A stretch of 64,000 nucleotides of DNA from the IMG/VR virus record IMGVR_UViG_3300028048_000077, positions 32,001 through 96,000 of that record; one strand, given 5' to 3'. A program made the translations under genes and the position numbers. The notes under the pieces were generated by a model that saw only the letters and a list, made by a program, of their open reading frames with translations, ran no database searches and had not been told where the DNA came from. Shown here piece after piece: positions 9,377 to 20,770 of the stretch. Within the stretch, counting starts at the first letter, position 1, and every line of letters starts with the position of its first letter. This DNA comes from a virus (taxonomy: Duplodnaviria; Caudoviricetes).

Positions 9377-10585
9377 ATTCCTGTTTACTAACATTTTTAT
9401 ACCACCAGTATAATCTATCAAATTTTGTATGATTTGTCTTACCATATCATTTGGGAACAATTGAGCTTTATACCATATACTATATGCCTTAGAATACGTA
9501 CAGTTATATGTATGCTTAAGTATATTTACAATAGTCTGTTGTAATAACTCTACTAAAGCATGATATGGTAATTTAATCTCATCAATTCTCAGATTTAAAT
9601 CTGGAACGATAATACTTCTATTGGTAAATGAGCATTTACCTCCGATAAGAAGTCTAATGTTTCCTTTCTTTTGTGCAAGAGTCTTTTCTATCTCTGTATA
9701 AAGAGCATTATATCTATCTTGTAAATCCCACAGCAATGTAGAACGATACTTGAATATATTATACATTGAAAGCTCGTCCTGATTTATTTTTCCTGCTAAC
9801 TTTGCCATGATATTAAAGATAGCATTTGTTCCTTCAAATGTGAATACTCCATTCTCTACTTTGAATGGTCTCATTCCTGTAGAGAATACTGGAATAGCAC
9901 CAGTAAAGATATTCTCTTTATTTTCAATAATCATTTCATATTGATCAATCTTCTTAGTACCATTCTTCTTATGGAAGTACTCTAATATTTCATCGAAATT
10001 CTCTTTAAACTGCAGCATTCCAATTCCAGCATATGTCTTATCTGAATTAGAATGTTTAGTGAACTTCTTTTTATTAGCCATTTTCTTCTTAAATGCTTTT
10101 TTCTCCCAAGAAGTCATCTTAGTACCATTAGTATTCAATTCTACATCTGGTTCTATGATTGCTTGGAGATTATCATTCCCGAAGTATGACTGTATAACTT
10201 TAAATAGATTTGGATGAATAATCTTATATGGCTCTTTTAATTTAATCCATCCAAATATCTCAAAATTATCTCCAATAAACTTGACCTCAGTATGGCAATA
10301 TGGACATATCAATCCTTTCTTATTAATACCTTGCCAAGTTTTACATTCACAAGAAAACTTATCTGCAAATGCATTATCATCTTGCAATGTTTTCATAAAT
10401 CTTTCGGAATAGATAGAGTCTGGAGACTTAAGAGATTTCTTTAATGCTTGTGGCTCTTTAATCAGGAATCCCATTCCTGTAATCAAGTCATTTTGCATCT
10501 CTTTCTCAAGATTCATTCTTACAAGACGAGTTCTGTATTCATATTCATCAGAATACGGATATTGTACTCGTGTATTTACTTGCAT
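9377..10585 (-). CDS. RNA polymerase beta' N-terminal subunit (probably non-virion RNAP), exon 1
   Basis: Zn finger CEC...CPYC, GWIKL, KKGNIRLLIGGKCSFTNRSIIVP (cf. GKRVDYSGRSVI), ends LVNRN; start MQVNT after AAGGAGG; early motif at 10642-10659; spliced product ~517 aa. Confidence 0.9.
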
Positions 10586-10790
10586 AAAAAATATCCTCCT
10601 TTTATTTAATTTTGACTCATTCGAGTGGCCTCCTAATCCACTCATATATATATAGTATATATTTAATTGATATTTTGATCCCGTACCTATATGGTACGGG
10701 ACCATTATCTTATCAAATAATTGTTAAGAAAAAAATATTATTTAAAAAAAGACCCACCATCATATGATGGTGGGGTATGCAGGGGTATAA

Positions 10791-11036
10791 TTAAGATAGA
10801 TCTACAATATAGGCAGTAATATTGTAGGGTTTATCATTTAGTTGAGAAAATATATTTACGGCTCGTACATTTTTAAAATGAGACCACATAGTTCTAGGAA
10901 TCTCTTTTCCATCTATCAAAATAGCTTCTATACGAACTCCTTTATGATTATATTCATCTGGAAGCACATATATAGTTTTCTGTCTCTGTTGAGTTTTTAT
11001 CATTTTTACTTCAATTTCATTTGTCATATAAATCAC
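10791..11036 (-). CDS. hypothetical protein
   Basis: 81 aa, coupled to the upstream gene. Confidence 0.65.
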   Translation of the reverse strand: MIYMTNEIEVKMIKTQQRQKTIYVLPDEYNHKGVRIEAILIDGKEIPRTMWSHFKNVRAVNIFSQLNDKPYNITAYIVDLS

Positions 11037-11038
11037 CT

Positions 11039-12808
11039 TTATTCATCTATAAAGTTTACAGTCAAAACAGAGTCTGGAATACGATCTGCGTAATTATAAC
11101 TACCAGTTAGAACACTTTTAAACGTATTATAATCAGTAAATACTGATCTTCTTACATTATTAAATACTAATGAAGATTCCTCACCTAATACAACATCTCC
11201 AAATAAAGTTCTAATTGAAGAATCCTGATATATACTAAATAAATCAAAATTTAATTTTACTTTAGTTAATGATCTACAACCAGAAAACATTACATACATT
11301 CTATTTACATTTCTTGTATTCCAATTAGAAAGATCTATTTCAGTTAAAGATGTGCATTTATAAAACATATAATCCATAGTTCTTACTTTACTAGTATCCC
11401 AGTTAGATACATCCACAGTAGTTAATGATGAACAGGAGGCAAATACACCATACATAGTTTTTACTTTACTAGTATCCCAATTAGATACATCTACAGTAGT
11501 TAATGATGAACAGTAATTAAATATCTGTTTCATATTTGTGACATTACTTACATCCCAGTTAGATACATCTATATCAGTTAATGATAAACAGTGATCAAAT
11601 GCGAATTCAAAACTAGTAATTGGAGAAGTATCCCAGTTAGAACTATCTATAGAAATTAGATTGCTACAATATGAAAGCATCATATCTGCATTAATAAAAG
11701 TAGTTGTATTATTTAATATTCTTTGAATATCATCATTATATGATTGATCTAATTCAGTTATATTCTTATAATTCGGAATATTTTCATATGCATAATCCTT
11801 TAGATTATTTGAAATTCTATCTTCTAATGGCCTAATATATCCATTTATATATACTTTAATCAGATCAACTATATTCATATTACCATTTATATCTTTATTT
11901 GTTTTTACCGCTTTATCAAGTGTACCATTTAAATCTAAAATTAATTTTGATTTAGTACTTATACTTCCAGTAATATCAGATATACATTTTGCAAAATGCA
12001 CAAAATTTTCCCCATTAATATCTTTTGTTATTTTACGTCCTATATTAACAGTTCCATTTAAATAACTATCAGGAGCTTTTAATACTACTAATAATTTATT
12101 ATTACATATAATATCAATATTATGCTTAGTTGGATAAAATAATCTTAAAGATACTATACAGTTATGTTTAGTAAGGAACCCATCTGGATATAAAGTATTT
12201 ATACATTCTTCTTTAGAAGTTTTTATACATGCAGAATCTATAATCATTCCATTAATATCATTTCCAATAGCATTTTTAATCTTGATAATTTCCTCAGGAA
12301 GATAGTTAAGATAGTTTAATGGAGCATCAGATGGATGTAATCCATGATCACTATTTAGCAATGTAGATAAATTATTAAAATTATATGGTCTACCATTTAA
12401 ATCTGAATAATATACAGCATTTCTATCAGTGTAATTTGAATACAAATCTGTTTTGCTTGAAGTATATACTCTAACAGCGGATCCTATAAGTTTAAATCCT
12501 TTATAATTATTATAGCTATCATTATGAATCATATAATAAAATACTTTGTCCATAGCGTCAAAGTATGAATATTCATTAGTACCAGGATTATAATTTTTCA
12601 CATGTGAATATACACAAAGTATATATTTTAATGGTTTATTTAAAGAGTATGGGTATACATTATTATCTACTTTTTCAAGTGTATATTGAACAAATATTTT
12701 TGGATTGAAAGAACTATTAGAATTTAGTGGTACGCTTAAAGGCGTACCACTCCCTTCATTTATAGTTCCAGAGCCCTGAAGAATAATTTCTCTACCATTA
12801 ATTTGCAT
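11039..12808 (-). CDS. virion-associated protein with BspA/DUF285-type 26-residue leucine-rich repeats
   Basis: C-terminal repeats MFxxCSSLTTVDVSNWDTSKV; N-terminal domain paralogous to 14909..15892. Confidence 0.8.
   Translation of the reverse strand: MQINGREIILQGSGTINEGSGTPLSVPLNSNSSFNPKIFVQYTLEKVDNNVYPYSLNKPLKYILCVYSHVKNYNPGTNEYSYFDAMDKVFYYMIHNDSYNNYKGFKLIGSAVRVYTSSKTDLYSNYTDRNAVYYSDLNGRPYNFNNLSTLLNSDHGLHPSDAPLNYLNYLPEEIIKIKNAIGNDINGMIIDSACIKTSKEECINTLYPDGFLTKHNCIVSLRLFYPTKHNIDIICNNKLLVVLKAPDSYLNGTVNIGRKITKDINGENFVHFAKCISDITGSISTKSKLILDLNGTLDKAVKTNKDINGNMNIVDLIKVYINGYIRPLEDRISNNLKDYAYENIPNYKNITELDQSYNDDIQRILNNTTTFINADMMLSYCSNLISIDSSNWDTSPITSFEFAFDHCLSLTDIDVSNWDVSNVTNMKQIFNYCSSLTTVDVSNWDTSKVKTMYGVFASCSSLTTVDVSNWDTSKVRTMDYMFYKCTSLTEIDLSNWNTRNVNRMYVMFSGCRSLTKVKLNFDLFSIYQDSSIRTLFGDVVLGEESSLVFNNVRRSVFTDYNTFKSVLTGSYNYADRIPDSVLTVNFIDE
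11270..11690 (-). repeat. 78-bp tandem coding repeats (about 5 units)
   Basis: Recurrent tcccagttagatacatc...cagtagttaatgatgaaca at 78-nt spacing. Confidence 0.8.
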
Positions 12809-12831
12809 ATTACTGGACTCCTTCCTTTATT

Positions 12832-14061
12832 TTAAGCTTTAATTCCAAATGCCATTCCCACATCTATATCAGATAGATTTACCTGAGCATCATGGAATGC
12901 TTTCATTGATATATTTTTAAGCTTAGATGCTACCTGAGGAGTAGATACTCCTACATTGGTAATACCAATTCTATTGAATAGATTACCAGCACAAGCATGA
13001 CAAATACCATGTTTAGATTCACATAATGAAGAGAATCTAAACTTAACTTTCTTACCAATATACTTATCCACATTCTGTGAAGTAAGTTCTACAAGTTTAC
13101 CATTTTCCACAATATAAGAATACATAAGCAAACTTGCAAGTTTCTCAGTAAGATCTATTTCAATGGTTTTCTTAGTTCCACAATCTTTATTATTAGGATC
13201 AAGAGTAAGATGTTGGAATGCTTTTAAGAATAACTTCTCCCAATAACCACCGATACCTGTCTTAATACCACGAGAATATGGACCAGCAGCCAATGCTCTT
13301 GCAGTATTAGCATAGTCTTTCTTACTAATACCAGTCATATAAGAAGAAGTTACAATATTAAATCCCTTAGTAGGGTCAGGATCCTTAACTGCACCCTTCA
13401 TAACAAAGATATTCTTGAAGTTATTATCAAAAGATCCTTTAGCTCCAGAATAATACATATCCATAGCTTTATCATCTTTAAGAAGATCCTGAGCATATTT
13501 AAGAACCTCATTCTCAAAATCAATTGATGCTTTAGGATCATTTTTCTCTATTCCATCTTTATATTTACTATATAGCTCTTTCTTCTTCTTTTCAATAAAA
13601 GTAGCAGACATGAGCATTTCTTTAGAGAAAGATGGGCAATATATATTACAATATGGCATAAATTTTTGGGCCATCATATGAAATTTCTTAATAGCTTCTA
13701 AAGGAATTCTATCCTCTAAAACAGCATAAGATAATCTCTTATTAATTTCTTCTGCTACTTTCTTAGACACTGGTCTATTTACATATCCAATTACATCCAT
13801 TAAATCTTCTTCAATGAATGTTCGATTGAATATGAATAATCCAATTGTAGTAACAAAAGGTTTCTTATTCTTATGGCCTTCTTTACCAAATACTCCAGCA
13901 GGAATCTCTATGAGATCATATGTATTAAACTTTTTCTTATTACCAAATTCTCCAAAATTCTCCATAATGAAAGATGTTTTCTGCATATCATATGGAGTAA
14001 GACTAGTAAAATAGTTTACTATTTCTGGGTCTTTGATAACTTTACTTGTTCTTTTTGCCAT
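12832..14061 (-). CDS. RNA polymerase beta' C-terminal subunit (likely virion RNAP)
   Basis: SGAKG, GGYWEK..DCGT, LCESKHGICHACAG Zn site, SMKAFH (cf. TMRTFH). Confidence 0.88.
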   Translation of the reverse strand: MAKRTSKVIKDPEIVNYFTSLTPYDMQKTSFIMENFGEFGNKKKFNTYDLIEIPAGVFGKEGHKNKKPFVTTIGLFIFNRTFIEEDLMDVIGYVNRPVSKKVAEEINKRLSYAVLEDRIPLEAIKKFHMMAQKFMPYCNIYCPSFSKEMLMSATFIEKKKKELYSKYKDGIEKNDPKASIDFENEVLKYAQDLLKDDKAMDMYYSGAKGSFDNNFKNIFVMKGAVKDPDPTKGFNIVTSSYMTGISKKDYANTARALAAGPYSRGIKTGIGGYWEKLFLKAFQHLTLDPNNKDCGTKKTIEIDLTEKLASLLMYSYIVENGKLVELTSQNVDKYIGKKVKFRFSSLCESKHGICHACAGNLFNRIGITNVGVSTPQVASKLKNISMKAFHDAQVNLSDIDVGMAFGIKA

Positions 14062-14074
14062 ACAATCTCACCTC

Positions 14075-14893
14075 TTAGAAGTAGATTTGATATGTAATAT
14101 CAATACCCTTTCTTAAGTCAATTAATGGCTCATTAGGGAAGTTTAATCTTGTTATTGGACGGATGTCTTGATAATAAGTAAATCCATCAATAACTTTAGG
14201 CCAAGCAGTACAAATAGAAAGACAGTTAATTCTAGCATCATTGATACCAGTAGTAGCAATAAAGAAATCTCTACAATCATCTTTTGTAATAGAGAATTCT
14301 AAAGTTACAAATGTTTCAATTGTAGTTGGATTAGCCTTTGCCATTGTATATACAGTAGCATCAATTGGATTACCATTTGACCACTGTCTACTCAATACTG
14401 GAGGAGCATTAAAGGTTTTGAAATAATAAGCATAATATCTACTATCTATTTCTTTTCTACCAAAATAAAGTGCTCTATCAGTTGCACTCAAATCTTTATC
14501 AAGTAAAAGATACTGGAATGGAACAATAGAATCTTCATCAATCCATCTACGATAATCTACATCAAATACCTGAGAATTCTCAGTACCACATCCATCAGTT
14601 CCTACACAGAATAAAAATACCTTATTAATATCAGTAGGAACAGAATATACAGTATGCTCAAGATTTAATGCTGTATTATATGATGGAGTTATTAATGGAT
14701 CTGATAAATCAAATAAGGAAAGAGCAATAAATTCTGCACCAGGAAGAATTACTTTGTTATGGCCTTTCCAAATAACTTCTCCAGTTTCATGATTGCGAAA
14801 TGTTACTACACCTCTCATACCATCATGCTTAATAGTACTTTTATCATAAACTTGATCTTGTATATTATCAATTAATTTAAGATGTTTGTTCAT
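14075..14893 (-). CDS. putative baseplate/tail structural protein
   Basis: 272 aa beta-rich protein in a late operon; HNKVI..G and terminal IDITYQIYF resemble baseplate-type proteins. Confidence 0.5.
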   Translation of the reverse strand: MNKHLKLIDNIQDQVYDKSTIKHDGMRGVVTFRNHETGEVIWKGHNKVILPGAEFIALSLFDLSDPLITPSYNTALNLEHTVYSVPTDINKVFLFCVGTDGCGTENSQVFDVDYRRWIDEDSIVPFQYLLLDKDLSATDRALYFGRKEIDSRYYAYYFKTFNAPPVLSRQWSNGNPIDATVYTMAKANPTTIETFVTLEFSITKDDCRDFFIATTGINDARINCLSICTAWPKVIDGFTYYQDIRPITRLNFPNEPLIDLRKGIDITYQIYF

Positions 14894-14908
14894 TTCTTAA
14901 TTCTCCCC

Positions 14909-15892
14909 TCAATTATTTGATTTTTCATTTAAATCTATTTCAAATTCTCCATCTAGGTCAACTTCAACCTCTACGTCAACTGTTCCCTCAATATCATTTG
15001 AAACTGATCCGAAAATATTAGCTGTTCCAGTTATTTCATCACTAACTAAGTTAATATCAAATGTTCCAGCTATAGTATACATTATCTTTCTATGAATAGT
15101 AGTTGTACCATCTATATCAACTGGTGTAGTTTCTACAGCAACATGATTTACACCATTTATATCATTATCTGGAGTCTTTACAGAAACATCAAATAATCCA
15201 CTAAAGTCAAATGGTAAAGCTACATCAGCAACATTGATTGTACCTTCCATTTCTGTATAAGTTTCTGTAGGATCAGGAATATCTGTACTTGTAGTATAAG
15301 TCAATTTACAAGTAATCTGATTAATATCATCGTATAAATAGCATGTATTTGATAATGGAGTATCATCACCAATAGTAGATTGAATTAGAGCAGTATCAAT
15401 ACATATAGAATTACATCTTTCTATTCCAAGTATATCTTTTATTTCTTGATATTTCTTTTCAGGAATTCCATTAAACTTTTCATATATAGATATATTGAGT
15501 TTAGAAATATCATTAAAAGTATGATTTCCTGGATATCTTGTACTATTATTTGCAGTAGTTTGATATATAATATCATTTGTATATATATTCTTAAGAGTTA
15601 CTGTAGTTTTAATATTTTCAGGATCTAAATAATATCTATATTTAGGATTATGTATCATATAAAAATATATTTTATCCATTGGATATGATGAATTAGTCTG
15701 GTAATCTCTTATATGAGAATATACAGAAAGAATGTAATCAACTGGATGGTTTTCATCAAATGGATATACATTTTCATCTACTTTTTCTAAATACCAAAAT
15801 ACATCAATTTTATTATATTCACCATTTATCGTGGCAGAAATGACATAATGATCATTTAGAACTATTTCTCTGCCTTTTACAATCATTGACAT
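14909..15892 (-). CDS. putative structural protein, N-domain paralog of 11039..12808, with C-terminal D-I-x-G repeats
   Basis: Shared GREIxL, LEKVDxNVYP and YILxVYSH...MDKxxxYMIHN. Confidence 0.6.
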   Translation of the reverse strand: MSMIVKGREIVLNDHYVISATINGEYNKIDVFWYLEKVDENVYPFDENHPVDYILSVYSHIRDYQTNSSYPMDKIYFYMIHNPKYRYYLDPENIKTTVTLKNIYTNDIIYQTTANNSTRYPGNHTFNDISKLNISIYEKFNGIPEKKYQEIKDILGIERCNSICIDTALIQSTIGDDTPLSNTCYLYDDINQITCKLTYTTSTDIPDPTETYTEMEGTINVADVALPFDFSGLFDVSVKTPDNDINGVNHVAVETTPVDIDGTTTIHRKIMYTIAGTFDINLVSDEITGTANIFGSVSNDIEGTVDVEVEVDLDGEFEIDLNEKSNN

Positions 15893-15985
15893 GATTTGTT
15901 TCCCTCCTATAACTAGATAGATGGAGCAGCAAGAGCTGCTCCATATTCTAGTATTTAGCGATTATATCCATAAATGATTTTTAGA

Positions 15986-18900
15986 TTACACTATATCTAT
16001 ATTACCATTTATATTAGGTACATAACAAGTATCTGGAATATCGATATACCCGTTTATATTCATACTTACTGGAGCAAGTACGGTTATAGAACCATCTATA
16101 TCGTTACCCATATCATTTGAGCCAATACCATTAATGAAATATGTATTGGTATCTATTATTACTAGATCATTTCCATATATAGTATCAACTGATACAATGA
16201 CATCACCAGTCATATCTGCATTTACTTTAGTAGGTATTGAGATATTACCAGTTATATCAGCATTAACATCCATTAGTATATTAAATGCACCATTTATATC
16301 TATAGATGGAGCCTCTTCCTTAATTGAAATAACACCAGTCATATCATACATAACTGGTCTATCTTCCTTAATACCAATAGTACCAATGATTTCATTAGCC
16401 ATGTTCTTAGAAATAGGATTGTTATTCCAATAATAGATATTTGCTTCTGCTATTTCTACTCTACCATTAATATCAGTAGTAAATTTACCATTATATACAA
16501 CTGTATGACCAGTAATAGTATCGTAAATTGGACCTGGTTCATATACATATTTCAAAGTAAATATATCTCTAGGAGCTATAGAATCTGTATAACTAGTTGT
16601 AACTTGCATAGTTTGAACTTCTCTAGGAGATACATAATCAAGTTTATCTAAACTGATAAGCATAGTATGTACATCATTAGGACGAATATAAAGCTCTGGA
16701 TCATTTGGATTATTAAATTTCATGTTTATAGTCATTTGATATAGATATACTTTATATGATTTAAAGAAGTTAATCATAGTAAATAAGTACTCTAATAAGT
16801 ATCTTTGACTTGCACCAGGAAATTGATCATAAATATATGCAAATTCATCAGAGTCTATCCATTCGTCTAAGATATAAATAATATCCTGAATATTTTGAAT
16901 TATTGTATCTCTTTTAGAATTATCATCTTCTATAGAAGCTATACTTACAATTAAATCATGAAGAATAGGATCTTTTTCATCTAAGAACTCAGTAAATGTA
17001 GTAGCTTGAGTTCCATCTGATAATTTGAAATATTCTAAATTGAATTCCCAAATCATAAGAGAATCATGAAGCTTCTTCCAGATACACCAAATATCATATG
17101 TATTTGCATTGATTAAACCATCACAAATAGTATTATAGATATTTTTATTAGTATTGAAAGTTTCTACAAACTGATCTATATCTACAAATTCAGGATCAGG
17201 ATTCATAAATCCAAATACATCATAATCTTCTGGTCTACGTCTCTGATCAAGAATCCACTGTTTTAAAGCTCCTAAATCTGCATGGAAATTAAATCCTCTA
17301 GCATATAGAATCTCACTTGGTTTTACAAATATCTTATCTTCCATATTCTGGAATACATACATAAGTGATGTCATATAACAGAATAAATGGCCTATATTAA
17401 ACTCATGATAGTTTGATAAGGTAGATACTCTTACATTCAGTTTATTCTCTTTGAATACATCATCCCAAAGCATACTATAAAAATATGCTAATTGGAAGGA
17501 TGCTTCTGATACATCCATAAGATAATCTACAGTAAGATATTTAGTTCTAGCATAGTTAAACTTCTTTTTTAGAATAGCTCTTTTTACATCATAATATCTA
17601 CTATTGCTGGTTTTATTTGAACCATCAGGACCAAGCCAGAATTTATCACCAATGGCGAATGTATCATAGCTCTTAACATGTTCTTGTTTCTTTACTATAG
17701 TAGAAAGATTTGTAAATGTAGAAAATGGTATTCTTAAGAAGTATAAATTAAAATCATTTTCAAGATCTTCATTACCTTCTGTACCACCAGTTGCATCTAT
17801 AAATATCCATGGAGCACAATTTTTATATAAGAATGTAAATGTAAATGATTGTAATTCTTGAGCTGTATTATCATCAATAAAAGCAATAGAATCATTTACC
17901 AAATCATATGATTCTTCATTCATCCATACTTTATTATTATCAATAAACCAAGGCCAATCATTAATAATAAAATTATTGAATGGCTGTGGCACTTCAAGAA
18001 TATTATTTTGAACATCATCTATTGTTTTAGTAACTTCTTTTACAGTAATTAAATTTTCCTTTTCAAACCAATATCTTTTATTACAGAAATACAAGAAAGT
18101 TATATTTTCTCCAATAGCAGCAATATTATCAGATATTTCCATATATGGAGAATAATCTGTAATACTTCTATATATTTCTGGTACGTATAAAGTATGAGTA
18201 AATGCTAATACATCATGCCCAGTTTCTTGATATGGATAGAATGGAACATCCATCCATACTCTAATTGGATTATCATGTTTTACTATTTCAGTAGATTGGA
18301 ATATCTTAATACTATTTTCAACTTCTTCAATATAGATATATTCTACACAAAGTTTTTGTTTCAGATATGGCCTATAATCTGGATCTAAAATAGTAACCTT
18401 GTTTCCATTAAGTGTATAATCTACACCAAGTTCAAGTGGGATACCTGCAGAATCTACAATAATTTTATTTCCCTTTTCAAAATAATATGTATCAGGAAAA
18501 TCTATTATAAATTCTGATTGGAATTTAGTAGTAGCATTGTAGTATTTGTATATAGTATTAACATTGTTTTCTGTATCAGTATAATAGTAGTGGAAAGTTA
18601 TTGTATCTCCAATTTCTAATCCCATATTAAGATTAGTTAATACAAGTTTATTTCCATATACTTGATAATATGAATCATCTAAGTACCAATCCAATAATTC
18701 TACATATACTTTGAATCCTCTAGCATCATAATTACTAATAGGAGGATGTATAGTAAATTCAACTTGGTATTGAGTTGTAGCTGTAATAGTTTCACTTGTA
18801 TGATGCAAATCAATTTCTTCATATATTGAATTTTTACTATATACAAAATGGAATATAATACTTCTACCTTCTACTATCATACTAGGATTCTTAAATGTAA

Positions 18901-20689
18901 TAGTTGCATTTACATAATCTATTATATATCTTTTAGGATCTATAAATACCTCGCCCATTGTAATAAAGAAACTATTTCCATGAATAGTATAATATTTAAA
19001 TGGCTCTGGTATTTTAAATGTAGCTTGTCCATCACTAGATGCAACCACATAATCTTGATAGAATTTAGTTTGTTGATTATCACTATATACATATATTATA
19101 TTAACTTTTCTATCAGTCAAATCTATATTAGAGCTTATAGTAAGTTTATTAGTAGTACTATCCACACTATACATAGATGGATGTAAAATTAGTGTATTTA
19201 CAGATACTATAATATCATTTCCATCATTAAGATAATCTTCATATGGAAGATCTAAATCATATTCATATACAACTGGAGAAGAGTCTTCAAAGTATTGATT
19301 ATGAATTTTAATTGGATCACTAGTATCTGGATTATATTCATTATCTACGGTATTTTTATCATAATAGAATTCAAATCTAATAGTATGAGTAGATTTAGTA
19401 TTGTCTAAATCAACTTGTGCAAATTCTAATTTATCGTAATCATATATAAAATAGTTTTCTGGTAACTGTTTAATATCATCTATCCATATATACATTTTAT
19501 TTCCTTTATTAAGGAAATATAAAAATGGCCATGGTATTTCTATATTATCAAAATCAGTTATATCAGTTAAAGTTCTAGTTGTTCTCTTTAAGATAGTATT
19601 CTCTATTGAATCGATTAAATCTGTTGTTGTATATATTGGATTTCCAAAAGCATCATATTTTCTATTTCTCATTAAAAGATATTTATTAATCTCTACATCA
19701 GTAGCTTGGAAATACATAATAAGATTAAGCATATCTCTAGGAGAAGATTTATACTGAACTAAAGCATTTATATTCTTTACAAGTATAATCTGATACTTTA
19801 GTGGAATTGAATCATAGTATGGTACTCCATACATATCAAATATAAATTTACAGCATCTATTATCAAGTATATCTTTCTTAACTATTCTATCCTGTAATTC
19901 TACTACACAATCATTAATAGTAAGGAAAAGAATATACATACAAAGAAAAGCATTGTAGTGCTCAGAATTAAATTCCATAGCATCTGAATCTACAGCTCTA
20001 TCTACAAACATACGAGAAACTTCAAACTTATCATGAAATAAATCATCTATTTCTACTACTCCACAAGATTTAGAATAAAGAATCTGTTTATCTACTGCTC
20101 GTCTTGCTTTATATATATCTATACCAGCAGTAATGAAGTTTAAGTATTTTGCTTCTGGGTAATCTTGTCTGATTGCATCAAGAGCACCATACTTTTCAAA
20201 CATTCTTGCTCCATCACAACCAAGTTCATGAACATATACTGCATCCACAGTTTCATTTTCAGGAATTAAATACATATATGGAGCAACTGGTATTCCGATA
20301 TCTCCATAAGGAGGAAGACCAGTAATCATTCGATAATAGTTATTCTTTTCTTCATAATTATCTATGATATTTTTTCTTGCAACTTCTACAAGAGCTTCTT
20401 GATACTCTTCTGGTACATCTCTTATATTTGCTAGATAAATATCTATATATGCACTTGGTACACCCGCTTCTACCATCATTTCTTCGGTGTAATCATACAT
20501 AGTAAATGTACCACTACCATCCTTCGAATAAATAAACTTTTCAGCAGCAGCAGATGACTCATCGGTTTCATTAGCCAAAGCAACTGATTCGTCTTTTAGT
20601 ATACAACTATAGGCTATCTGTTGTACATAGTATATCAAGTTATCCAGAAATGGATTGTCAGTATACTTTTTCGTAATATCAAGAGCCAT
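15986..20689 (-). CDS. large baseplate-wedge-like virion protein with internal beta-domain repeats
   Basis: 1567 aa; YEEKNNYYRMITGLP N-terminus; repeated P(F)xxYxxxGN domains; D-I-N/T-G repeats at the C-terminus; late-type promoter. Confidence 0.55.
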   Translation of the reverse strand: MALDITKKYTDNPFLDNLIYYVQQIAYSCILKDESVALANETDESSAAAEKFIYSKDGSGTFTMYDYTEEMMVEAGVPSAYIDIYLANIRDVPEEYQEALVEVARKNIIDNYEEKNNYYRMITGLPPYGDIGIPVAPYMYLIPENETVDAVYVHELGCDGARMFEKYGALDAIRQDYPEAKYLNFITAGIDIYKARRAVDKQILYSKSCGVVEIDDLFHDKFEVSRMFVDRAVDSDAMEFNSEHYNAFLCMYILFLTINDCVVELQDRIVKKDILDNRCCKFIFDMYGVPYYDSIPLKYQIILVKNINALVQYKSSPRDMLNLIMYFQATDVEINKYLLMRNRKYDAFGNPIYTTTDLIDSIENTILKRTTRTLTDITDFDNIEIPWPFLYFLNKGNKMYIWIDDIKQLPENYFIYDYDKLEFAQVDLDNTKSTHTIRFEFYYDKNTVDNEYNPDTSDPIKIHNQYFEDSSPVVYEYDLDLPYEDYLNDGNDIIVSVNTLILHPSMYSVDSTTNKLTISSNIDLTDRKVNIIYVYSDNQQTKFYQDYVVASSDGQATFKIPEPFKYYTIHGNSFFITMGEVFIDPKRYIIDYVNATITFKNPSMIVEGRSIIFHFVYSKNSIYEEIDLHHTSETITATTQYQVEFTIHPPISNYDARGFKVYVELLDWYLDDSYYQVYGNKLVLTNLNMGLEIGDTITFHYYYTDTENNVNTIYKYYNATTKFQSEFIIDFPDTYYFEKGNKIIVDSAGIPLELGVDYTLNGNKVTILDPDYRPYLKQKLCVEYIYIEEVENSIKIFQSTEIVKHDNPIRVWMDVPFYPYQETGHDVLAFTHTLYVPEIYRSITDYSPYMEISDNIAAIGENITFLYFCNKRYWFEKENLITVKEVTKTIDDVQNNILEVPQPFNNFIINDWPWFIDNNKVWMNEESYDLVNDSIAFIDDNTAQELQSFTFTFLYKNCAPWIFIDATGGTEGNEDLENDFNLYFLRIPFSTFTNLSTIVKKQEHVKSYDTFAIGDKFWLGPDGSNKTSNSRYYDVKRAILKKKFNYARTKYLTVDYLMDVSEASFQLAYFYSMLWDDVFKENKLNVRVSTLSNYHEFNIGHLFCYMTSLMYVFQNMEDKIFVKPSEILYARGFNFHADLGALKQWILDQRRRPEDYDVFGFMNPDPEFVDIDQFVETFNTNKNIYNTICDGLINANTYDIWCIWKKLHDSLMIWEFNLEYFKLSDGTQATTFTEFLDEKDPILHDLIVSIASIEDDNSKRDTIIQNIQDIIYILDEWIDSDEFAYIYDQFPGASQRYLLEYLFTMINFFKSYKVYLYQMTINMKFNNPNDPELYIRPNDVHTMLISLDKLDYVSPREVQTMQVTTSYTDSIAPRDIFTLKYVYEPGPIYDTITGHTVVYNGKFTTDINGRVEIAEANIYYWNNNPISKNMANEIIGTIGIKEDRPVMYDMTGVISIKEEAPSIDINGAFNILMDVNADITGNISIPTKVNADMTGDVIVSVDTIYGNDLVIIDTNTYFINGIGSNDMGNDIDGSITVLAPVSMNINGYIDIPDTCYVPNINGNIDIV

Positions 20690-20709
20690 TTACTTCTCCT
20701 CCTTATTTG

Positions 20710-20740
20710 CATTACTTTAATTGTCGACCCATCTAATAAT
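20710..20740. promoter_or_regulatory. divergent late-type promoters sharing a GTCGAC palindrome
   Basis: GACA-N7-TAA on - and GACC-N7-TAA on +. Confidence 0.45.
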
Positions 20741-20770
20741 GACAAACTTTTATATAAAGGGGTGATTAAC

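Noticed and set aside
9188-9391. 67-aa plus-strand ORF
   Set aside because: It overlaps the conserved group I intron core on the opposite strand; spurious.
11270-11690. CRISPR array or DGR template/variable repeats
   Set aside because: The repeats are in-frame 78-nt LRR codons without unique spacers; no cas or reverse transcriptase gene is seen in the window.
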